Made by a program: the position numbers and the translations under genes. A stretch of DNA of 64,000 bases from Thermoanaerobaculia bacterium (lineage in GTDB: Bacteria > Acidobacteriota > Thermoanaerobaculia > Gp7-AA8): the NCBI GenBank assembly GCA_035996815.1, contig DASYJF010000134.1, positions 34,096-98,095 on the forward strand, given 5' to 3'. How positions within the stretch are numbered: position 1 is the first letter of the stretch; the number at the start of each line of letters is the position of its first letter. Shown one piece after another: positions 1 to 6,857 of this stretch. The notes beneath the pieces are model-generated. The model made no database searches. It had not been told where the DNA came from and worked only from the letters and a program-made list of their open reading frames with translations.

Positions 1-120
1 GAGTGGGGAGTAGGGGGTTGGGTGTGGGAGATGAGAACGCTCGGGCCGCGTGGAATTGCATCGTCGAATCGCATATTCGCATCGCGCCTTCGCTCCCAAT
101 CCCCACTCCCCACCCCCTAC
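1..120. repeat. G-rich heptad inverted-repeat element (GAGTGGG/GGGGAGT-type arms, about 65-nt spacer, C-rich complementary arm)
   Basis: Left arm gagtggggagtagggggttgggtgtgggag and right arm tcccaatccccactccccaccccctac are reverse complements with 7-nt periodicity. Confidence 0.8.
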
Positions 121-128
121 AATGACGC

Positions 129-368
129 ATGCCCTGCGACCACATCGGACCGGCTGAATTAATCGAGATGGCGGAGGCGAACCTCCGTGAGCGCAACGTC
201 GTACCGATCGACGGAATGCGGTTTCGCTGGAGCGAGAATCCGATCGACGGGATGTGGGCGTCGATCGTGACGGAGATCGAGCGGCGCGGCGAACAGTGGA
301 TCGTGACGCGGCTCGATCGCAATCGTGAGGCGCTGCCGGTCGGCGAGACGGGATTCCGCGCGCTGTGA
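129..368 (+). CDS. hypothetical small protein (79 aa)
   Basis: ORF with genome-typical codon usage. Its TGA overlaps the GTG start of the LOG gene (GTGA), implying translational coupling. No recognisable motif. Confidence 0.35.
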   Translation: MPCDHIGPAELIEMAEANLRERNVVPIDGMRFRWSENPIDGMWASIVTEIERRGEQWIVTRLDRNREALPVGETGFRAL

Positions 369-949
369 TCCGGAGTCTGTGCGTTTTCTGCGGCTCGAAT
401 TCGGGGAACGATCCAATCTACGCGAAGGTCGCGCGCGATTTCGGTGAGTTGCTGGCGAAGTCGAATGTCGCGCTCGTTTACGGCGGCGGACATGTCGGAC
501 TGATGGGAATCGTGGCGGACGCGGTGCTTGCCGGCGGCGGCAACGCGATCGGAGTGATTCCGCGGATGTTGTGGGATCGCGAGGTCGGTCATCGCAATCT
601 GACGGAGCTGCACATCGTCGAGACGATGCACGAACGGAAGGCGATGATGGCCTCGCTATCCGATGCCTTCGTGGCGCTACCGAGCGGACTCGGGACGCTC
701 GAAGAGATTTTCGAAGTGTGGACATGGGCGCAACTAGGGATTCATCGCAAGCCGCTCGGCTTCCTCGATGCGAACGGTTTCTACGCGCCGCTGCTGTCGT
801 TCCTCGATCGAACGGTCGATGCGGGATTCATCCGCGCGCAGCATCGGTCGATGGCGATCGTGGATGTTGATCCTGCTTCGCTGCTGCGGCGGATGTCGGA
901 GTACGAACCGCCGGTCGTGGAGAAGTGGATCAGCGCTGCGGAGTCGTGA
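365..949 (+). CDS. LOG family protein (cytokinin riboside 5'-monophosphate phosphoribohydrolase-like)
   Basis: VFCGSxxG, GGGxxGLMG and PGGxGTxEE motifs typical of the LOG (TIGR00730) family. GTG start. Confidence 0.85.
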   Translation: MIRSLCVFCGSNSGNDPIYAKVARDFGELLAKSNVALVYGGGHVGLMGIVADAVLAGGGNAIGVIPRMLWDREVGHRNLTELHIVETMHERKAMMASLSDAFVALPSGLGTLEEIFEVWTWAQLGIHRKPLGFLDANGFYAPLLSFLDRTVDAGFIRAQHRSMAIVDVDPASLLRRMSEYEPPVVEKWISAAES

Positions 950-1006
950 TTTCGTGGCGGCCGCCTCCGCGGCCGCGAATCGTTTCGCCGCCGTCCACCC
1001 CGCGCC

Positions 1007-1243
1007 GAGCGCGGGGCTGCATTGTTCCGGCGCGCCTCCGCGCGCTCCGACCGACGCGACGAAGCGTGGCGTCTGCTCGGCGCAGCCGCACGATGAAACG
1101 CACGACCGTAGCGCCGCCGGCTCGGCGGCTGGACCGCCAGCGGCTCGCTGGCGCGGTGCGTACGCGCGCATGTGGCGTCGTCCGCACCGACGGCGCTTCG
1201 CGCGCGGGACAATGCAGCCCCGCGCTCTGCGCGGGGTGCGCGT
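1007..1243. repeat. inverted pair of about 40-bp REP-like units (core GAGCGCGGGGCTGCATTGTYCC) flanking about 155 bp, with a GTAG-type REP (1107-1142) in the spacer
   Basis: 1007-1047 is the reverse complement of 1201-1243. The same family occurs at 8863-9028. Confidence 0.8.
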
Positions 1244-1317
1244 CGGGAAGCAGGATTGCGCGGTCGCGGAGGCGGCCGCTACAAAACGTCGCGCGCGCGC
1301 ACGGCGCGTCACGACCG

Positions 1318-2175
1318 CTACTGCGCGCGGGCGTCGCCGGCTTCGTATTTCCACGGCGTCATTGCATGCGCGCCTTCGGCGAATCTGGTGTCGACGAAGT
1401 CTTCGAACGGGATGGCGTGATCGAGGACTCCTGTCTGCACCATCAGGTTGACGATCGTTTCAAAGTCGGCGCGGCGCGGGGATAGCGGCTCGTATTTGAC
1501 GCGGTCGATTGGATTCGTGAGCGCCCAGCGGAGGAGCTTGGGATCCTGGTGGTAGTAGAAGCGGCCGACGAAATCGGCGGCGTGGAGGCGGTGGCGTTTG
1601 GCGCGTTCCTTTTCGTCGAGCCAGAGTCCCGATCGCGCGACGCCGTCGACCAGCGTCTGAATGGCTTCGGGATGTTTGTCGATGGCGTCCTGGCGGACGA
1701 CGAGGACGCAGGAGATGTAGTCCGGCCAGTACTGACGTGCGTGAAAGAGCACGCGGCCGAAACCGGCCATCTCGGCCTGCGAGGGATACGGCTCGCCCAT
1801 CGAGAAGGCGTCGATCGCGTTGGCGGCCAGGGCGCCGGCGACGTCGGGCGGGGCCATCTCTACCATCCGCACATCTTTTTTCGCATCCATCCCGTTCGCC
1901 TGCAGGGCGCGGAAGACGATGAGGCGTTCGTCGGAAAAGCGGCTGGGGATGGCGATGATGCGGCCGCGCAGATCGGATACACGATGCACAGGGCCGTCAC
2001 TGCGGACGACCACGGCCGAACCGTAGCGGTGGCCGAGGTAAACAATCTTCACCGGAACGCCCTGAGCCCGCAGGGCGATTGCCATCGGCGCGACCATGAA
2101 CGCCGCCTGCATCTTGTTGGACATCAGCGCTTCTTTGATTTCAGGGAAGCCCTGAAACATGCGCGGGATAAACAA
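1318..2175 (-). CDS. ABC transporter substrate-binding protein, NMT1/SsuA/TauA (NitT/TauT) family; 5' end disrupted or non-canonical
   Basis: Mature-domain similarity to aliphatic sulfonate/nitrate/taurine binding proteins. It is the last gene of the permease-ATPase-permease operon. The signal-peptide-like segment continues upstream to 2379 but is separated by an in-frame TGA (2230-2232) and has no ATG/GTG/TTG start. Confidence 0.7.
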   Translation of the reverse strand: MFIPRMFQGFPEIKEALMSNKMQAAFMVAPMAIALRAQGVPVKIVYLGHRYGSAVVVRSDGPVHRVSDLRGRIIAIPSRFSDERLIVFRALQANGMDAKKDVRMVEMAPPDVAGALAANAIDAFSMGEPYPSQAEMAGFGRVLFHARQYWPDYISCVLVVRQDAIDKHPEAIQTLVDGVARSGLWLDEKERAKRHRLHAADFVGRFYYHQDPKLLRWALTNPIDRVKYEPLSPRRADFETIVNLMVQTGVLDHAIPFEDFVDTRFAEGAHAMTPWKYEAGDARAQ

Positions 2176-2394
2176 ATGTCCGGACTGCGAGTAGGCGGAG
2201 ATGTAGTCGGTGACCGGGCAAGCGAGATGTCACGTTACGGGGATATACGCGACATTGAGCTTGCGGTCTGCTTCGGGCAACCGGTCGTTCATCAGCACCT
2301 GCCAGTTCACGTTGAGTGCAAAATGCGCGGCGGTGATGGCGAGTATCCAGGTGGTGATGGCGAGGGTTAGTTTTTTGATTTTGGGCCTCCTTTC

Positions 2395-2467
2395 TAGTGG
2401 TCAGGGCTACTAGTGGTCCGTGGTCAGTCTTTGTTTCTTGCCCACTGACCACTGGCCACTGACCACT
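2395..2467. repeat. GGTCAGT-heptamer inverted-repeat hairpin between the permease and SBP cistrons
   Basis: Arms agtggtcagggctactagtggtccgtggtcagt and ccactgaccactggccactgaccact flank a 13-nt loop. The left arm supplies the last about 18 codons of the permease ORF. Confidence 0.8.
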
Positions 2468-3252
2468 TGTTCAACAGCGCGAATCGCTGTATCCAGCAAC
2501 AATCCAATCAATCCAATCAACAGCATTCCGGCGACTACGAGGTCGTAGTGTTTGCCGGCGTTGCGGGCGTCGATGATGAGGTATCCGAGTCCGGAGTCGA
2601 CGGCGATCATTTCGGCGGCGACGAGGACGACCCAGGCGATGCCGAAGGCGAGGCGCAGGCCGACAATGATCCGCGGCAGTACGGCGGGGATCATGACGCG
2701 TCTCATCAATTGCGGCGTGGAGAGTCCGAAATTGCGGCCCGCCTGGAGGTACATCGGCGGAACGTTGCGGACGCCGTTCATGGCCGCGACGATGATCGGG
2801 AAGAGTGAGGCCAGAAAAATCAGGAAGATCGGCGCGGCATTGCTGACGCCGAACCAGATCACAGCTAGCGGCATCCAGGCCAGTGGCGAGATCGGTCGGA
2901 GCATCTGAATCAGCGGATTGATCGCTCTTGCCAGTGGCGCGCACCAGCCGAGGAGGAAGCCGAGTGGGATACCGATGACCATGGCGGCGGCGTAGCCTGC
3001 AAAGACGCGCGTGAGCGAGTCGGCGATGTAGTGCCAGAGTAGCGATTTTTCTGACAGAGTGGCGATGGCCTTGGCAACCGCTGTCGGCGTTGGAAAGATT
3101 TTTGTGCCTGACGCTCTTACGGCGATCGACCAGAGGACCAGGATGATCGCAGCCGTGGTGATCGGCAGCAAAAAGCGTTGAAACCACAGAGGCACAGAGG
3201 ACACAGAGATAGCTTTCTCTGTGCTCTCTGTGTCTCTGTGGTGAGTTCTCAT
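2410..3252 (-). CDS. ABC transporter permease (NitT/TauT family, SsuC-like)
   Basis: Multi-TM protein with the EAA-like motif region (MIAVDSGLGYLIIDA). Paralog of 3980-4735. Confidence 0.9.
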   Translation of the reverse strand: MRTHHRDTESTEKAISVSSVPLWFQRFLLPITTAAIILVLWSIAVRASGTKIFPTPTAVAKAIATLSEKSLLWHYIADSLTRVFAGYAAAMVIGIPLGFLLGWCAPLARAINPLIQMLRPISPLAWMPLAVIWFGVSNAAPIFLIFLASLFPIIVAAMNGVRNVPPMYLQAGRNFGLSTPQLMRRVMIPAVLPRIIVGLRLAFGIAWVVLVAAEMIAVDSGLGYLIIDARNAGKHYDLVVAGMLLIGLIGLLLDTAIRAVEQVVSGQWSVGKKQRLTTDH

Positions 3253-3983
3253 ACTTGGTGGGCGAGTCCAATCTCGCCAAAAATGAGATCGCGTAATTCG
3301 ATATACCGCCGCGATGAGAGATCGCGCGGATGAGGAATGTCGATATCCACCACGCGTCGAATTTTCCCCGGGCGCGCGCTCATGACTACAACGCGGTCAG
3401 CGAGCTGCACTGACTCCTCGATGTCGTGTGTGACGAAGAGGACGGTTTTGCGTTCGGCGCGCCAGATCCGCAACAGCTCGCTGCGCATCTGCAATCGCGT
3501 GATCGAATCGAGCGCGCCGAAGGGTTCGTCGAGGAAGAGGACGTCGGGATTCACGGCCAGCGCGCGCGCCACTTCCACGCGCTGCTTCATGCCGCCGGAG
3601 AGCTCGCGCGGATAGGACTTTTCGAATCCTTTGAGTCCGACGAGATCGATGTACTGCGCGACGCGAGTGCGGCGTTCATCTTCTGACATATCGAACAAAC
3701 CGAAGCCGATGTTGCCTTCGACGGTCAGCCAGGGAAAGACGCCGCGTTCCTGGAAGACGAAGATGCGGCGGCGGTCGGGGGCGGTGACCTGCTCGCCGTC
3801 GATCGTGACTGAGCCGCTGCCGGGCGCGAGGAATCCGCCGGCGATGTTGAGCAGCGTCGACTTGCCGCATCCGGACGGACCGACGATGCAGAGGAACTCC
3901 CCTTCTTCAGCGCCGAGGGTGATGTGCTGAAGGACTTCCATCGCGCCGAAGCGCATCGAGATGTCGCTGAACTGGACTTTCAC
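3249..3983 (-). CDS. ABC transporter ATP-binding protein (NitT/TauT family, SsuB-like)
   Basis: Walker A GPSGCGKST, ABC signature LSGGMKQR, Walker B LFLDEP. GTG start overlaps the TGA of the upstream permease. Confidence 0.9.
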   Translation of the reverse strand: MKVQFSDISMRFGAMEVLQHITLGAEEGEFLCIVGPSGCGKSTLLNIAGGFLAPGSGSVTIDGEQVTAPDRRRIFVFQERGVFPWLTVEGNIGFGLFDMSEDERRTRVAQYIDLVGLKGFEKSYPRELSGGMKQRVEVARALAVNPDVLFLDEPFGALDSITRLQMRSELLRIWRAERKTVLFVTHDIEESVQLADRVVVMSARPGKIRRVVDIDIPHPRDLSSRRYIELRDLIFGEIGLAHQV

Positions 3984-4735
3984 TCGGAGGCGTAACCCCA
4001 GCGGACGGAATCGAGCCGCTCCAGGCGGCGCATCAGGAGATCGAGCACGATGCCGACCAGACCGATGAGCACCATGCCCGCGATGACGAGGTCGTAGCGG
4101 TTGCCGGCGTTGCGGGCGTCGACGATCAGGAAGCCAAGACCGGAGTTGACGGCGATCATCTCCGCGGCCACGACCACGAGCCACGCCACGCCGAGCGTGA
4201 TGCGCATGGCCACGATGAGCTGCGGAAGGATGGCCGGGACCAGCACGTCGCGCATCCGCGCGCGCAACGGGATTCCGAAGTTGCGCGCGGCGGAGAGGTG
4301 GACCGGATCGATGTTGTGCATGGCGTTCATGGTCGCCACCGTCATTGGGAGCAGGCTGGCCAGGAAGATCAGGAAGATTGCGGAGATGTCGCCGACGCCG
4401 AACCAAAGGATGGCGATCGGAATCCACGCCAGCGGCGAGATCGGCCGGAGGATCTGCAGGATCGGATTCATGGCCATCTCGCCGAGCCTCATCATCCCCA
4501 GCATTAGTCCGAGCGGGACGGCGATGACGAGCGCGGCGAGGTATCCCCACGTGACGCGGAAGAGCGAGGCCACGACGTATTTGACGAGCAGTCCGCGCAC
4601 CGCCAGCTCGCCGATGCCTTGCGCGACAGCGATCGGTCCGGGAATGAGCGATGACGGGCGGAGCATCACCGCGATCTGCCATGCGGCGAGGGCGGCGACG
4701 ATGCCGGTAAAGGGAAGCAGACGCGAGCGCGACAC
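3980..4735 (-). CDS. ABC transporter permease (NitT/TauT family), second paralog
   Basis: About 55% identical to the 2410-3252 product. GTG start. Confidence 0.9.
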   Translation of the reverse strand: MSRSRLLPFTGIVAALAAWQIAVMLRPSSLIPGPIAVAQGIGELAVRGLLVKYVVASLFRVTWGYLAALVIAVPLGLMLGMMRLGEMAMNPILQILRPISPLAWIPIAILWFGVGDISAIFLIFLASLLPMTVATMNAMHNIDPVHLSAARNFGIPLRARMRDVLVPAILPQLIVAMRITLGVAWLVVVAAEMIAVNSGLGFLIVDARNAGNRYDLVIAGMVLIGLVGIVLDLLMRRLERLDSVRWGYASE

Positions 4736-4755
4736 GGTGGCGGAAGATAGCAGAA

Positions 4756-4860
4756 GCAGTGGAATGGGGATTAGTGGTCAGTGGTCAGTGGTCAGTGGTC
4801 AGTGGTCAGTGGTCCAATGTTCTCTCCTGATCGACTAATCCACTACTCTACTAATCTACC
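4756..4860. repeat. composite heptamer element: 5 tandem GGTCAGT (4776-4815) followed by an ACTAATC-type arm (4816-4860) in the divergent permease/msrA intergenic region
   Basis: Perfect 5x tandem heptamer. The right arm shares TCCTGATCGACTAATC with the element upstream of cysS (12274-12322). Confidence 0.85.
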
Positions 4861-4866
4861 AACGAA

Positions 4867-5454
4867 ATGAAACGCATCCTTCTCCTCCTCGCCGCGCTTT
4901 TGCTTCTCTCCGCCGCACCCCCGCTGCGCCGCGCCGTCGCTACGTTTGCGGGCGGATGCTTCTGGTGCATGGAGCCGCCGTTCGAGCGGTTGAAGGGCGT
5001 CGTCTCGGTCACGTCCGGCTACACCGGTGGGCGTGTCGACAAACCTACCTACGAGCAGGTTTCGGACGGATATACGGGACATCGGGAGTCCGTAGAGATC
5101 GTCTATGACCCAGCGCAGATTTCGTATCAGCAGCTGCTCGACGTCTTCTGGCACAACGTAGATCCGCTCGATAACTCAGGTCAGTTTTGTGATCACGGCG
5201 GGCAGTATCGGACGGCGATCTTCGTCCACGACGCCGAGCAGAAGCGGCTGGCCGAGGCGTCGAAACAGGCGGTGGGCGTGCGGTTTCATCACGACGTCTT
5301 CACCGACATCCTTCCCGCAGCGCGCTTTTATCGTGCCGAGGAGTATCATCAGGACTATTACAAAAAGAATCCGCTGCGGTACAAGTTCTACCGCTTCAAC
5401 TGCGGACGCGATCAGCGGCTGAAAGAGTTGTGGGGCGCGGCGCCGGCGCATTGA
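4867..5454 (+). CDS. msrA: peptide-methionine (S)-S-oxide reductase MsrA, with signal peptide
   Basis: GCFWC active-site motif and an MsrA-typical C-terminal region. Hydrophobic N-terminal signal. Confidence 0.9.
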   Translation: MKRILLLLAALLLLSAAPPLRRAVATFAGGCFWCMEPPFERLKGVVSVTSGYTGGRVDKPTYEQVSDGYTGHRESVEIVYDPAQISYQQLLDVFWHNVDPLDNSGQFCDHGGQYRTAIFVHDAEQKRLAEASKQAVGVRFHHDVFTDILPAARFYRAEEYHQDYYKKNPLRYKFYRFNCGRDQRLKELWGAAPAH

Positions 5455-5556
5455 GGCAGTGGACTAGTCGATTAGCGGATTCGTAGATCAGAGCGAACTC
5501 GCTTCACTCGCCCACGAATCTACTGATCTACTAGTCCACTAGTCTACTAATCACGG
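5455..5556. repeat. GATTAGT-family heptad hairpin immediately 3' of the msrA stop
   Basis: Arm gcagtggactagtcgattagcggattcgtagatcag and its imperfect reverse complement ...ctgatctactagtccactagtctactaatc. Homologous to 56289-56336 and 59553-59616. Confidence 0.8.
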
Positions 5557-6801
5557 CTCGAGTCTCACTACCGAGGTCGCGATTGCGTGTGATGCCGTCC
5601 TGACCGCCGGCGCGTACTGCACGAAGGCCACCTTCCCGTCGGCGCGGCTGGCGTCGGGATTCACGATCCGCGACGGCGTCGACGTGATGATCGACTCCAG
5701 CTCCTGCGGCGTCAGGTTCGGACGTTCGCCCAGCAGGCGCGCGGCAATCCCGGAGATGATCGGCGCCGCGAACGATGTCCCCGAGCGCAGATTCGGCTTC
5801 GTGCCGCGGTAGTGATTGGTCGCGGTGATCGAAGCGCTGAAAATGCCCTGCGACGGCGCCAGGATTTCGAGGCCGCCGTGGCAGGCTCCGGGCCACCAAC
5901 TGTTGTCCGAGGTCATGCCGCCGACGGTGATGAGGCCGTCGAGATCCTTGCCGAGCGTGGCGGGGAAACGATCGACGACTCCGGCGCGGCCACAGCCGTT
6001 GTCGACGTTGTTTCCGGCCACGACGAAGAGGAAGCGCTTGCCGTTCGCGTCCGGGTGGCCGAGGGCGTCGACGCCTCCGATCATGTCGCGGATCTTCCGC
6101 TCGACCGCGGCGAACGTCACCGGCGCATCGTCGCGATTCGCGTACAGATGCTCCAGCACCCAGCCGCTGATGTTCACGACGGCCGTATGAAATTGCGGCG
6201 TCGACGGATCCCAAGCGTGGCGAATGATGTCGTTGAGACCGTCGAGGTACGTGCGCGTCGTAGCCAGCGCGGACTCGTTCATCACGCGCACGCTGACGAT
6301 GAGCGCTTCCGGCGCGACGCCGACGTTCTGTCCGGCCACGAGCGAGGCCACGCTCGTTCCGTGCGACGCGCCGGTCAACTCAGTCATCGTCGCGAAGCAC
6401 GGCATCAGCGCTTTGTTCGGACTGGCGCAGGTTGATGCGCCGACGGTCACGCCCTGCGTGGCGTCGAATCCGGCGATGACGCGGCTGCCGGCCGGCGTCG
6501 CGAACTCGGAATGCGCGGCCATGACGCCGGTATCCATGATGTAGACCACGGCGCCTCGACCGGCGTCGTGGCGGCGATACTCGCCATCGAGAATTCCGTC
6601 GCGCTGGTCGATCCGGTCGAGGTGCCAGAGAAGATTCGCGGCGGCCGGATCGCCGCATCCATCGAGCTTCGCGGCGTTGTGCGTTGCGTCAATCACGACC
6701 TCGGATTCGCGGCAGCGGGTCGAGGCGAGGTCCTTCGCGGAAGCCGGATAGACGGCCAGCACAAATAGGACAGCAGCGAAAACGCTTCGCAGCGGGGTCA
6801 C
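5551..6801 (-). CDS. S8 family subtilisin-like serine peptidase (secreted)
   Basis: Asp/His/Ser triad motifs VYIMDTGV, HGTSVASLVAG and GTSFAAPIISG. Start chosen at the GTG preceding the signal peptide; the ORF extends upstream through a repeat. Confidence 0.8.
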   Translation of the reverse strand: MTPLRSVFAAVLFVLAVYPASAKDLASTRCRESEVVIDATHNAAKLDGCGDPAAANLLWHLDRIDQRDGILDGEYRRHDAGRGAVVYIMDTGVMAAHSEFATPAGSRVIAGFDATQGVTVGASTCASPNKALMPCFATMTELTGASHGTSVASLVAGQNVGVAPEALIVSVRVMNESALATTRTYLDGLNDIIRHAWDPSTPQFHTAVVNISGWVLEHLYANRDDAPVTFAAVERKIRDMIGGVDALGHPDANGKRFLFVVAGNNVDNGCGRAGVVDRFPATLGKDLDGLITVGGMTSDNSWWPGACHGGLEILAPSQGIFSASITATNHYRGTKPNLRSGTSFAAPIISGIAARLLGERPNLTPQELESIITSTPSRIVNPDASRADGKVAFVQYAPAVRTASHAIATSVVRLEP

Positions 6802-6857
6802 CTGATTTTTAGGACGCCTTGGACGACGCGAAATAAGATTGAGGCGTCGCGGGAAAA

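Noticed and set aside
159-1485. Multiple overlapping 80-230-aa ORFs in the 950-1320 intergenic region and antisense to the LOG gene
   Set aside because: They have Arg/Ala/Pro-rich low-complexity translations typical of spurious frames in high-GC DNA, they overlap real genes or repeat elements, and they lack an RBS.
2229-2290. Selenocysteine recoding of the in-frame TGA in the SBP gene
   Set aside because: No convincing bSECIS-type hairpin is seen within about 40 nt 3' of the TGA, and the TGA aligns with a conserved Asp rather than a Cys position. A pseudogene or an error is more likely, but it is kept as a finding because recoding cannot be excluded from sequence alone.
4101-4838. 245-aa plus-strand ORF
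   Set aside because: It is antisense to the well-supported permease gene 3980-4735, and its C-terminus is a translation of the GGTCAGT repeat.
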